Assembly (NCBI GenBank): GCA_032718475.1
Contig: JAUCBJ010002254.1
Location: 1 to 51,112, forward strand
Direction: 5' to 3'
Length of the DNA: 51,112 nucleotides
Origin: Nemertoderma westbladi
Lineage: Eukaryota > Animalia > Xenacoelomorpha
The notes under the pieces were generated by a model, which was not told the DNA's origin, ran no database searches, and was given only the letters and a program-made list of their open reading frames with translations. Below are positions 1 through 12,369 of the stretch, piece by piece. Positions within the stretch are counted from its first letter, which is position 1. Each line of letters starts with the position of its first letter. A program made the position numbers and the translations under genes.

Positions 1-1488
1 TGACAACCCTGCTGATATTTTATCAAGGTCTTGTACTGCTGATTATTTAGTGAAGTCAAATTTATGGCGAAATGGACCTACTTGGCTAAAGAATAAAAAA
101 GAATGGCCAATTTGGAAGCCTAAACATACAATTTCGATTACAGCACTTGTTGAAAATGAAGTGTTGAATGAGTACTACTGTGGTATATTGTCATATATTG
201 ATTTAACAAGATTTAATAATTACGAAGTATTACTTCGAGTAGTAGCATACATTTTGCGATTTATTACGAAACATACACGTAGTTCACTTATAATTGAAGC
301 TGAGGAAATGAATTTATCTGAACTTTATCTTATTCGATCTCTTCAAGCTTCAGCCTCCATGAATATGCTGACTCTGCTGTTGGGATGGATTACACGGGAC
401 ATTTATGGATAATAAATGATCTTATTAACAGAGAGAAATTAAAAGTTTATGTTTGCCTATTTACTTGTTGTTCAACACGACATATTAATTTAGAACTAGC
501 TAATGATTTATCAGCTGACGCCTTTCTTCAATGTTTTAGACGTCATTGTGCTGTATATTCTACCCCATCATTATGTATTTCTGATAATGCTTCAAACTTC
601 GTAGCTGGTAATGATGAGATCAGCGAACTCTACAATACCTTAGATAAGGAGGATACTATTAATAGCATGAAAGATATATGTGATGCAAACAAAGTAAAGT
701 TATATTTCTGCAAAAGAAGAATACGGTTTCATCACATACCAAAGAGAGCCCCATGGTGGGGTGGGTTGTGGGAAATTCTTGTTGGCCTTGTAAAGACTGT
801 ACTCAAGAAAATTCTAAGATCATCATTTTTGACATTTAATGAACTGGAAACTGTGCTAAAAGAATGTCAAGCAGTGATTAATGATAGACCACTATACTAT
901 ATATCTTCAGATATTGACTATCCCCAACCAATATGTCCTTCGGAACTTGTATTTGGAAAGCGTATTACAGGATTACCTCATCCACATGTTGAATTAGATG
1001 ATATACTTGACCCTAGTTTTGGTGTAGACAAAACAACAATTAATCAGGCCCATGATAGACGCTCCCTCCCCCATAACCAATTTGTAACACGTTTCAAGAA
1101 AGAGTATTTGGAAATGTTAAGAGATAAACATATATCCCAATACAAAAAGGTATCATCCTACCAGTCACGTATTGATGTTGGACAAGTAGTTCAAATACAT
1201 AGTGACACACCTAGAGTCAACTGGAAGTTAGCAATTGTAGAGCAGTTAATGAAAGGTCCGGACGGAGAAACAATAGCTGCTATAATACATACGGCAAATG
1301 GTAAAACCAACCGTCCAATTTCTAAACTATACCCACTGAAGCTTAGTGTGAGCAATATAGGGGACTTTAGAAAGAAAGAAACCCCTGAACCCCAAGATAA
1401 AGATATACGTAGAAGTACTAGAAATGCAGCTGCTAGAGCCACTGAAAGAATCAAGGAGCAGCTTAAAGATGGCCCGGGAGAATGTTGA
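1..1488 (+). mobile_element. pol: Bel/Pao LTR retrotransposon, 3' part of pol (end of RNase H region plus integrase), decayed
   Basis: Shows DNPADILSR...LWRNGPTWL...EWP (post-RNase H motif), then the integrase core (DYTG, YVCLFTC, ISDNASNF, APWWGGLWE, INDRPL) and the C-terminal WKLAIVEQL...NRPISKLYPL. There is a frameshift or deletion near 350-385. It ends in GPGEC, overlapping the polypurine tract and LTR start. Confidence 0.95.
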
Positions 1489-1774
1489 AAATATATTAGA
1501 CTGTGGTGATGGGAATGTTGACCATACTGTATCTATAAAATATATTCCCTTCGGGATCTAAGTTCTTATCTTTTAGTTGTACCGGTACTCTGTACTGTAC
1601 TGCTTTCTTATATATATATTTGAATGTGCTTTTGTCTATGTAAGTCTGCATGTGCTTTGTATGTACATTTTATTAACTGTATGTCTTATTGCCTACCTCA
1701 TGAATATGGAAACATAGTGCAGAATTGCTTGACTCTGTATTTTCTTCTGCTTGATTAGACTGCAATTCTCAACA
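1483..1774 (+). repeat. 3' LTR (292 bp) of the Bel/Pao element
   Basis: Follows the purine tract GGGAGAA. Begins TGTTGAAAAT and ends ATTCTCAACA (9/10 inverted match, TG...CA termini). Contains a TATAAAA. Confidence 0.85.
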
Positions 1775-2513
1775 CTAGCAACAAATTTTGCACCTGTACT
1801 TCCGAAAAATTCGAGTGTGAGATGTCTAGTTAGATAATTATTTATTCCATTGAATTCAGAACAGCCATAAACCTCTAAGACGCGGAAAATAAGTTGTCAC
1901 AAGCAATTAAACTATTGAATAAATTTTCAAAATTTTGTGCTAGCACCAAATTTTGCACACGCAACGAAAAATACAAGTTTGATATGCGTAGTGCAACTCG
2001 TATATATTCCATCGAAACCAGAACCCTAACCACAACCCTAAATAACCCATATTGCGCAAAAAAAAGGTTCAAACAATCAATTTACAAAATTGAAATATTT
2101 CAAAATTTGGTGCTGGCACCAAAATTTGGCACCCGCCGAAAAAAACAAGTTCGAAATTAATAAATTAATTTATATGAATTCCACCCAATTGCTAACACCA
2201 AAAAACCGGTGTAAATCAAAAATAGAGATGTTATTAATCATATTTCGTGAAATGTAATTTTAAAAAACGTCTCCAAAAAGTGCCAAAAGTAGGGGGTTAT
2301 TAAATGGTGCTAAAAACTAGAAAACTTCCCAATATTTTCTAAAACGGTTTTCACTATTAGGAAGACAATAGATTTTTAGGAAAAGTCATAAAATTTCAGA
2401 TTCCCAACAGCTTTTGTTTCAGAGTTATAACAAAAACCCACGCGGCGGGGGGGGGGGGGGGGGGGGGGTCATATTGACCCCTCCCCCCCCCCCCCCCCCC
2501 CGGTTTAATAGGG
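1775..2513 (-). mobile_element. One end of a piggyBac-like non-autonomous DNA transposon, interrupted by the Bel/Pao element
   Basis: The terminus reads TTAA|CCCTATTAAACCGGGG on the minus strand (TTAA at 2514-2517). The internal motif (TG)CTRGCACCAAA(A)TTT recurs at about 1938 and 2111, and a truncated copy starts directly after the LTR at 1775. The other end is not in the window. Confidence 0.55.
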
Positions 2514-3478
2514 TTAATGGTAAATGAAGTTGTCCCAAATGAATTTCCTTCGAAGGATTGGACATCCTTGTTAGGCAATGTGGTACAAGATAGTTATCTT
2601 TCTTTAGGTCTTCATGCTATCCTTTAATATAATTACTCCTTCAATTGTTTGTTTTACATAACTAACCTTAATTGTGCAGCTGGAGATAGAGAAATATAAC
2701 AACATCCACATTATAATCAACTTGGCTAACATCTCAGACATTTCTATATGATATTATTAGTGATATTAGAAATTGCAATTAGAAACTGCAAATATAATAC
2801 AGGACTCGAAATGTTTTTTTACTAATATACTATCTAAATAAAAAATTTACTTTGACAGAATAGTTACAGACGTACTGTAATTGTAGTCCCATGAGGATAT
2901 CTTAGTTTGAAGCAAATTAATATAGTAATTTGGAAAATAATATTAAAGTTTATATAAAATCCAAAATCCGGGACGTTTCGTATAATTGCTTTACACTTTA
3001 CACACACCGAAATAACGGTAGAAATTATGACTAAAAAGTTACACATAATTATATTAATTAGAGACTCACTGTAAAAGTGAATAGGAATTATAATTATGTT
3101 AAATATTCCGAGTAGTAAATAAAGAATTACAGATACTGTACAGTACTGAATTATTATATGTAATAACATTGAAGGCCGTACTTAGGTGAAAACAAAATAT
3201 AAGTTTTATAGAATAGACAACAGGTGAAAATATTACAAGACTAATTAAGTGTACCGGTACCAAAAGTATTTATAGCTCAAACAGTACATAATAGTAGAAT
3301 ACAAAAAAAACTACAGTAGAAATCAAATTGAATACATAAGGCATTGTAGAAAGTATTAAGTAGTGAGTGCATAGCATATGGGGGGAACTTATTATACAGT
3401 TATGGTCAGGGTTTGTAATGTAGGTTATAGTAGTGCAGCTTACAGAAAGGATAGAGAAGAATATACAGAGATATAGAA

Positions 3479-4345
3479 AGTTTTAAGGGTATAATAGTTT
3501 CAGGTTGAATGAGGTGCCCTGTACATTCAGTTTGGGGTTATCTCTACAAATGTTGATGCTTTCTTTTAGTAGAAAGTCGTAGTTAGTAGCAGGACGACCA
3601 GTAATTTTGAGTTAAGAATCTCAGAGCGGAAAGTCCCCGCGAACTGGTAAGGCTATAGCTTAGGGTGTTTCTAAAAAATACTTTTTTCTTATTTTCATTG
3701 CTCAAGTGAATTTTCCCATTGCATTTCACCTCAAAACATTATATACAAATTTTTTTCAAAAAATATTAAACTTAAGGGGTGGTACATCAGACCCGAAATA
3801 TTGAAAAATGACGCCGCGCCTACTTTTATTGCATTTCAACTTGAAATTTTCAAATGTGAAATTTGCATTCCTCAAGTTGTTCAATTTAATCATATGGTGA
3901 TTGTGAAGATTTACTTAAGAAAATTTTTTGATTGAGTTGATGCATAGGGGTGGTACAGATACACTCACTTTTTTTCAAAAACTGGAAAATTCTGAAAAAT
4001 TGTCACATATTAACTTTACAGTTGTCATATTTTAGGTGTTAGATCTATTATATCCAGCCCTCAAGTAGTTTATCTAGTTAATCTTGTTAATGTGAAGTTA
4101 TTAACACAAAAATTAATTATATGAGTTGAAATATAGGGGTGGTACAGTCAGGGTTCAGTAGGCCTAATATTGACATAACTGGGATCATGATTACAAGTTC
4201 TCCTACGACGACTTCAAAATTACTGGTCGTCCTGCTACTAACTACGATCTTCTACTAAAGGAAAGCATCAACATTTGTAGAGATAAACCCAAACTCAATG
4301 TACAGGGCACCTCATTCAACCTGAAACTATTCTACCCTTAAAACT
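3479..4345. mobile_element. Foldback/MITE-like structure with about 130-bp inverted arms
   Basis: 3479-3610 is the near-perfect reverse complement of 4215-4345. Near the ends the sequence reads TTAA|GGGTA...TACCC|TTAA. The core contains AGGGGTGGTACA three times. Confidence 0.6.
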
Positions 4346-6132
4346 AAATTATAAAATTATTCTACCCTTAAAATATCGATAGGGTCAAAATCAATATTGA
4401 GGGGTAAATGAGCTCCAGCCGAAGACCTGTCTTCTTCAATACTCAAAAGATATGTCACCATTGGTATATCTGTGAGTACCGACTCAGACACACGATGTAT
4501 CACAAACATATCATGCGATACCCTGTCGTTGTTTAGGAGCTTCTCAAAGTTGGCACTCGAAATAATATTGAAGCGTTCAGCTGGAGATTCAGCCTTATCT
4601 TTGGTGCTTAACATTTTTATACCAATTGATTTCCATTCCTGTACGGATTGCTTGCTGCATTGGTGGCGTTGACGGCGTCAACCAGCTGTTTGATAAGATC
4701 CTCATTAATTAATTAATTAGTGGCAATTAGTGGCATCGGATATAAAATTTTTCGAGATTTTTTGTTGAAGATGATAATTTCATTGGTGACAATTTCTCTG
4801 GAATTTTTGTTTTGACAAAAGGATCAATGTAAATAAACCATTTTAGGTACATAATAAAGTAAATATACATTTGTTCAATTAGGCTAATTTATAACCTAGT
4901 GAGTTTTTTACTAGAATTTGACTTTACAAATTTGAAATAATCTGGGCAGTTACGGAATGTAAATATTTTTATTTCACTACTTGCAAATTTATTTTCATTA
5001 CAAAATCTTAAATTACAAAATTCTACAAATTACAAGCTTCATATGTATGAAGTTTTAAAGGTTTTTGAATTCGATGGTAACATTTTATATAAAATCTGGT
5101 TCTGGGAAGGTGAAATTTTGTGCTGGAATTAAAAGTGGAAGTAGTGAAAAAACCATAGTCTTATCAAATGTAACGGTTTTGGGTTCAATGGGTGTATAAA
5201 GCGTAAAAGGTGACCGACCATACGTACCGTAATGCATTGGCCATCAAAATTTTATAACAACAATATTTTTATAATCGTCGTGAATTCAGAAACATTGATT
5301 TTAGATCATATGTGTTTCAATTGGACGAGCTAAGTGTAAAACAAACTTTCACGAAATTTTAAAGGCCTTTTTTTTTTAAATCTCATTATGTGTTTTTATC
5401 TAAAGTGATCTCGTACTAAAGTACTCTTTAAAATACTGGGAACGTTACAATAGCAAAAGTAATTATAAACTTCTTTAATAATTATGTTGAATATTTTTCG
5501 TTTAGTCGTTTAAGTCGTTTAGACACTAACTCAGTAATACAGCGATAAATTAAATAATAACTTTATATATTATGTTGTATGTATAATAGGATAATGCCAA
5601 CTTTATTTTACTCCAGAATGCGAATTTCTACGTTACTACGTACTTAAAAAACTTAAATATGTATGATAAATGTTGAATATAATGTCCAATTTTATCAGTG
5701 TCGTTATTTTAAGTAACACTATTTTTAAACAAATATTTATAAATTATTGTTATTCTATAGGAAATCATTAGGTGTAGTCACAATTTGTTTGTACTACCTT
5801 GTTTAATTAATGTTAATTAGTTGTAATTGAATTCTCTTTATCGTTAGCACAAATTATCATTAGTGCCATGTCTTAATAAATATCAATGCCAAAGACATAT
5901 TTGTCTGATAAAACTGCCAAAAATGAAAGCTGTATGCAGTATATCCATCCATGCAGGTACATTTAAAGTTCTCATAAACAGCATGGAATGATACAGCAGG
6001 TGGGGGGAGTTAATAATAATCTATTTAAACTGCATCCGAAATGCAAATACCAGTTGTCGTTGTAAATCCTTAAATAACTATACAACTATTGTAGGCCGAA
6101 ATCCTATTACGTGGGAGGGATGTATTCACTGA

Positions 6133-6218
6133 TGATTGGCTGATAGGATGAGGGGCTTGTTGATTGGCTGATAGGATGAGGGGCGTGTTGATTGACTGAA
6201 AGGATTAGGGGCGTGTTG
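6133..6218. repeat. 28-bp tandem repeat (about 3 copies) containing reverse CCAAT motifs
   Basis: TGATTGGCTGATAGGATGAGGGGC(T/G)TGT at 6133 and 6161, with a diverged copy at 6189. Confidence 0.8.
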
Positions 6219-7291
6219 TCTTTTGGCTTAATGGCTTAATTAGAATGAATTTCGATTTAACCGAGATTTCATCAGGTAGAGTAATGATGCAAGATAAAAC
6301 GAAATATCGAATCCCAGAAGTATTACGCCTACAAATAGGCAAGTCATTACATAAATATATTAGGGGATGTAATTAGGGTGGAGCGGGGGTAAAAGTTTCG
6401 CTTACACCTATGCCTACGCCTACACACCTACCCAAGCCCGAAGCCAGTGGGGGGGGGGGGGGGGGGGGGGGTGGTTCGTTGATTAGAACGAACCGCCCTT
6501 TTGAGAAAAGTGCCCTATTATACGAACACATGTTTGGGAAATGTGCCCTTTTTATACTCACCATTTTGAGAAATATTGTCCTTTTATATTCACCTATTCG
6601 TAAAAGTGGGCCTTTCCGGCAAAGCAAATGTTAAAGTTACATTAACAGCTTGAACAGTTTCATTTGAGTTTTATTTGTCATTTCAGGTAGGTGCCCCTCA
6701 AAATGCTTGCGTTTTATTAAATTGTCTTCAAGCTCAGGAGCTGCATGTTCAGAGTACAATTATTAATTAAAGCAAAAGGATAACTTCTAACTTAGCTTGC
6801 ATTTGGGTGTTTACATGAGAACAATCCTGTGTTTGTGTTTGTCTTATAGCTGGTTTTTCTTCTAATATTGAGGAATGTTAATGAAATGCAGTCAAAGTTT
6901 GCATTTATTAAACATTTGTGAGCCCCTTTGGCTTTGAGCTGACAAAAATAATTTGGAATTTCTGATACTAGTTTTGTTGATATTGCCAAAATGCAGGTGA
7001 CCTTCCCCTCAGAATGTAGGTTTCTGCAAATTAATTTTTCAATATATTATATTATATTTGCCAAAAAGGTGCAATCTGTATAATTATATTGCCCATTGGT
7101 TACCCATTTGTGTAAAAATTTGTTTAATGATGACACTGCTGCGACAAAATGAACCAATATATATATTTGTTGTGGTTACAGCTGTTGTAGGTAGACTGTG
7201 TGTAGGCAACTTCTATCTGCAATACTCAAATTATAAATATTAATGACGAGTAAGGGTCTTGAGCCACGGCTAATATAAAATATTGTTAGTT

Positions 7292-7334
7292 TACCATATA
7301 GCTATTTCACGCTTCCCGCGCGTCTTCAGTGGTA
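7292..7334 (-). ncRNA. Minimal type I hammerhead ribozyme
   Basis: Minus strand reads TACCA-CTGAAGA-C-GCGC-GGGAA-GCGT-GAAA-TAGCTA-TA-TGGTA: 5-bp stem I, 4-bp stem II, palindromic stem III. Confidence 0.75.
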
Positions 7335-7575
7335 TATTATTAGACACAATATTAATAAAATTTAACTAAAAAAACCAATTCAAAGCCTAAAAGATATATA
7401 CAAAACCGATACCGTTATGATACTGTACCGGTCTGCCACTTTACACAGCTAATATCTTTATTAAAATAGTCATAACTACTGTACAGTATCATAACGGTAT
7501 CGGTTTTGGAGATATCTTTTTAAGCTTTGAATTGTTTTTTTTAGTAAAATTATATTAATATTGTGTTTAATAATA

Positions 7576-7618
7576 TACCACTGACGACGCGCGGGAAGCG
7601 TGAAATAGCTATATGGTA
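7576..7618 (+). ncRNA. Minimal type I hammerhead ribozyme
   Basis: TACCA-CTGACGA-C-GCGC-GGGAA-GCGT-GAAA-TAGCTA-TA-TGGTA. Predicted cleavage after AUA at 7613. Has one extra nucleotide after A9. Confidence 0.75.
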
Positions 7619-8062
7619 AACTAACAATATTTTATATTAGCCGTGGCTCAAGACCCTTACTCGTCATTAATATTTATAATTTGAGTATGCTTACGCCACG
7701 AAAAGCATCGTTCCATTACATTAACTCGCTACTGCAATTCAGTACGTCACAGGGAAGATGCTACTGTAGTTGTTTTCAAACTAAATCTGTTCAGTATGTA
7801 CTGTACAGTGAGTGTTTTAAAGGCAGCTGAGTGTAAGTTGATTATAGCTATTAATATATATTATTCACACTAATAATACCTAATAGTTTAGGAGAAAAAC
7901 ACCAAGGGGGCACGGTACAGTAAAATTACACTAACAACAAGTTCCATATCGCATAAAACAAATAAAATTAAATATAAATAACGGATTGATCAATTTTCCA
8001 ATTCCAAAAAATAAATTTTCCTATCAAATCTTGAAGCTGATGGTCGCCAAAATTCAGACTAA

Positions 8063-9006
8063 ACTACTACTAGGATCGGCATGCTGCATTGCAGCTGCAT
8101 TTTTAAGAATGCTGTGTCGGCTTGTCGACAAAATTGCGCCGCCACAACTCCCTATCACCCATGACATTTGCTACATCATCCGCATCTTCAAGGCCAGTGT
8201 CCTTTAAGATGCGTCTCAAGAACGTCATGGGCTGTCCACCATGCTTATACACTCCATGAGGCTTCCAAAGTACAAGATTATGCACTGGCTGGTCCTCACG
8301 GCGAAAGCAATGTCCTGCAAAGCGGAGGCGATTTTGTTCTAGTGTCAAGATTGGGGGAACCAATGAGACACCTCCAATGTTATATATTGTCTGGTTGGAG
8401 ATGTGAGCATTGTACTTGACACAATGAACCCGGCGTAGCATTCTTGTGAATGTGCCATCCAGAGATTTGGTGTCCTCAGCAGTTAGAGCCCAGCATAGAC
8501 TCCATTTGACCTTAAGTTTCCGATTAATTCTCGGTGACTTCCAAATCCTGGAAAGCCTATTCAAGGCTGCCCATGCCTTTCCCTTACGTATTCCAAGGTC
8601 CTCACCTGACTTCTGGATCCATGATCCCAGGTACCAGAAGTCGTCCACATGCTCAAGCATACCATCCTTTGAACTTATGCTCATCATCTGGTCAGAGACT
8701 TGCTGAGGACTTTCAAAGTTAACTGTCTCTGGAGTTAATAAAAAGACCAACACTAGAAGCAGCCTGTTCTAATAAGCTGAGGAGCCGTTGGGCTCTCTCT
8801 AGTGATTCTCAGAGTACTCCTAAGTCATCAGCAAAGTCTAGAGCAGTTAGGTACTTGGCAGGATTTCCTCGACCTCTGGAGCCAGTAGGTGGAGTTATCA
8901 TCACCCCATTATCATTATGATGATCTAAGGACATGCGTAGAACATAGTCAACTACAATTATGAACAAGAATGGTGCAAGTGTGTCTCCCTGGAGGATGCC
9001 CCTCAC
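8063..9006 (-). mobile_element. RTE-type LINE, copy 1 (5'-truncated RT C-terminal half, 3' UTR and (TAG)n tail)
   Basis: Motifs GILQGDTLAPFLFIIVVD, LDFADDL, YLGSWI, RLRFAGHCFRR and DRELWR. The minus-strand end is GCATGCCGATCCTAGTAGTAGT. Confidence 0.92.
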
Positions 9007-10128
9007 CTGCTCCCTGGTGCGGATTGGCGCTTTCTACCTAAGAAAATGATGAGGGATGACAAGAGTGAGATTTTTCTGCACTACTACTCGGAAGTTATAC
9101 AAAATAATGTAGATTATAAATCCCCCCCCCCCCCCCTCTTTTCTATTTTCAATAAAGCTGTGACGGGGTACATCAGGTTTTGTAAAAAAAATAGTGTGAC
9201 AATTTCAAAAAATAAAAATTTGACTATCAAAATATCTTGGAAATTGACAAGGGAGAACTGGAACATTTATGTTGGTAATATACTCATACATATGACATAT
9301 CCAACAAGTTGTCACAGGTGGTCTGATGATGCTACATTATACTAATTGAGTTTTCCATCCTGATAACTCTGTTTAATTTAATTGATTTTAATATGATTAT
9401 AATAATCATCCATAAGCATCAATCAGTCTGTCCAACTTTCCAATAACTCATTGAACCGGAAGGACGCCCCTGCCAAACAACATAAATCAAAGCTAAAGTA
9501 AACATTATCTCTCCTTCATAGACTATGTCTTCAATATACTTACTGTACTACCCAGAGACAGTCAGTTTTTGTGTAGTATCATGACACTTTAGTTCACAAC
9601 CAGTTTATTGCAGATAGATTATATAACATTAAGTAATTAATATAATCAGATGGGGGGGGGGGGGGGGGGGGATACGAATAAAATTAAAATAGTATAATTA
9701 AAAATTAACCAAGACTATACAATATATACACACCTACGACCTCGACTTGTAGGCAGGTTAGTAAAGAAGCAGGTTACAGTAGTGGCGGGATGAAAGAAAT
9801 CAAAACAATAAACTAGAGTTATAATATTGTAGAAAATCAAACTTAATTGAGAATCAACAGATTGAGAATCAACAGTCTGGTGTATAGGCCAACATGTTAA
9901 CAGTACGTGTATGTGTAGGCGTAGCGTTTACCCCACATGAGGGGTGGGGCTGGGGAGGTGAGGCACTACTCACCATTTTGAAATACATATTGCTCCAAAA
10001 AAAAAATATGTAGAAATAAAGCGTAAGATCAATTTTGTGTGACAGCTAGTTTACAGAGGCGCGATTTGGGAACCTAAATAATAAACGAATGTTATCACAG
10101 GTTATTTAGATAATGCAGGTTAGTAGGC

Positions 10129-11628
10129 CTCCTACAACTACTAGGATCGTCATGCTGTATTGCAGGTGCATTTTTAAGAATGCTGTTATCGACAATGTTA
10201 GACCGCCACAACTCCCTACTCACAATGGGATTATCCGCATTTTCAAGGCCAGTGTCCTTTAGGAGGCGTCTCAATAAAGTCATGGGCTATCCACCATGCT
10301 AATTCACTCCATGAGGCTGCCAAAACACAAGATTATGCACTGGCTCATGGCACATGGACTCCATCGGACCTTAAGTTTCCGATTAATTCTCGGTGACTTC
10401 CAAATCCTGGAAAGCCTATTCAAGGCTGCCCATGCCTTTCACTTACGTATTCGAATGTCCTCACCTGACTTCCGGATCCATGATCCCAGGTAACAGAAGT
10501 CGTCCACATGCTCAAGCATACCATCCTTTGAGCTTATGCTCATCCGATCAGAGACTTGCTGAGGACTTTCAAAGTTAACTGTCAGAATGTTGGTCTTTCT
10601 GGAGTTAATAAAAAGACCAACACTAGAAGCAGCATGTTCTAATGAGCTGAGGAGCCGTTGGGCTCCCTCTAGTGATTCTGAGAGTACTCCTAAGTCATCA
10701 GCAAAGTCTAGATCAGTTAGGTACTTGGCAGGATTTCCTCGACTTTTGGAGGCAGTGGGTGGAGTTACCATCACCCCATCATCATTTTGATGATCTAAGG
10801 ACATGTGTAGAACATAGTCAACCACAATTATGAACAAGAATGGTGCAAGTGTGTCTCCCTGGAGGACGCCCCATAACACTTCAAATAGTTCTGTGTCACC
10901 GTCAACAGTAAAGACAAATGTTGCCGAACCATCGTATACTGATCTGATTGTTGCAATAATTTCACCAGTAATCCCATATAATGAAAGTATGCTGAACATA
11001 CGTGAGCGAGAGACTGAATCAAAGGCCTTGAAGAAGTCAACAAAGATAACAGCCAGATGCCTGTCTTTATTTTTTGATAACTCTTCAATTATCCTTCTAA
11101 GTGCCAAAATTGGCTCCATGGTCCCACGACCTTTACGGAACCCATTCTGATTTCCACAGAGCAGTCTCTCAATAGGATCCCTGATGCGATTTAATAGAAT
11201 TCTATTGTATAGCTTTGCAGCAATCGAGATCAATGAGATTCCCCGAAAAGAACCATAGAGTGTTAGGTTGCCCTTCTTGGGAACTGGCACCAACTAGGTT
11301 GCCCTCCAGGATCACCTTAGGAAACTTCTTTTAGCCAGTCTTCCAGAACATGAGAAGTGGCAACGGATGATGCGGTTAGAGATTTGGTCTATTTTGTCCA
11401 ATGCTGCATGTGCAGTTGGATTCATCAATAAACCAATTCCACCATTGCCACTATCATCTGCTGTCGCGAGGGCGAGTCGCCAACCGCCCCCCATGTCCTT
11501 AATCAGATCCTCATCAGTTTGTCCAAGCTTGAATTCCCACTGCGCTAAGAGAAAGCTAATCTGCCAAGGCAGTCAGCTCACCTTGTCGCATTGGGGACAC
11601 GAATGTTGTGTTAACTGAGGCTAGTCTG
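10129..11628 (-). mobile_element. RTE-type LINE, copy 2 (internally deleted: endonuclease fragment plus RT), with 33-bp TSD
   Basis: RT motifs VPVPKKG, RGISL, QNGFRKGR, FVDFFKAFDSV, QGDTLAP, DFADD. An APE fragment (GGIGLLM...ISNRII) lies at 11312-11494 and the tail GATCCTAGTAGT is present. Identical 33-bp direct repeats at 10096-10128 and 11629-11661. Confidence 0.95.
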
Positions 11629-11751
11629 CACAGGTTATTTAGATAATGCAGGTTAGTAGGCGTAATGCCTTTTCTACTAACCTGATCTCGTTCCTCTATC
11701 AACACATCCGTACTTGTTACTTGTTTATTTCGGACTGCAACAACTTCAGAA

Positions 11752-12057
11752 ATACCCTAATATCGCATACCCAAATACAGTATTGCATACCCTAATATTG
11801 CATACCCTAATACAGTATTGCATACCCTAATATTGCATACCCAAATACAGTATTGCATACCCTAATATTGCATACCCTAATATTGCATACCCAAATACAG
11901 TATTGCATACCCTAATATTGCATACCCTAATATTGCATACCCTAATATTGCATTACCTAATATCGATACCCTAATATTGCATACCCTAATATTGCATACA
12001 CTAATATCGCATACCCTAATATTGCATACCCTAATATCACATACCCTAATATCGCAT
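11752..12057. repeat. 15-bp minisatellite (ATTGCATACCCTAAT) with 20-bp variants
   Basis: Direct tandem copies are visible; some have an ACAGT insertion. Confidence 0.95.
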
Positions 12058-12369
12058 GTTATTCAGTGAGACCTACAAATTGTTTTGTTTTGTTATTTTT
12101 TTCTTGTTTTGTGCTTTCCTCGTTAACATATGTCGTACTGTATATATTAATAATTATGACACTCTGATTAGAATGACTTACATTGTTTCCTTCTAAGATT
12201 ATGTCTGTACCTTAGATTACTAGAGTATGTATACAATCTATACATATTTGCTATGATATGTTTACAATTTTTCACTTTGTACTGCAGCAAGTGTTGCTTG
12301 TATGGTGGACATTTGTAAATTTAAGGAATATATTAATCCGAGCTACTTAAAGAACAAATGCAAATAAGT

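Larger units (their letters stand above)
7222..7722. mobile_element. Penelope-like pseudo-LTR inverted duplication (207-bp arms, 52-bp spacer, unpaired 3' extension)
   Basis: 7222-7428 is the reverse complement of 7481-7688 with few mismatches, and each arm holds a hammerhead core. An unpaired extension runs 7689-7722. Possible decayed TSD: AACTTCTATCTGCAAT (7208-7223) / AACTCGCTACTGCAAT (7723-7738). Confidence 0.75.

Noticed and set aside
4357-4672. 85-aa minus-strand and 66-aa plus-strand ORFs as host exons
   Set aside because: No recognisable domain and no convincing splice-site pair.
11490-11628. HDV-like ribozyme or hammerhead at the 5' end of RTE copy 2
   Set aside because: One hairpin (AGCTGACTGCC/GGCAGATTAGCT) and a CTGATGA are present on the minus strand, but I could not build the nested pseudoknot or find a matching GAAA and stems.
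11752-12057. Interstitial telomeric repeat
   Set aside because: CCCTAA occurs only as part of a 15-bp unit, not as tandem hexamers.
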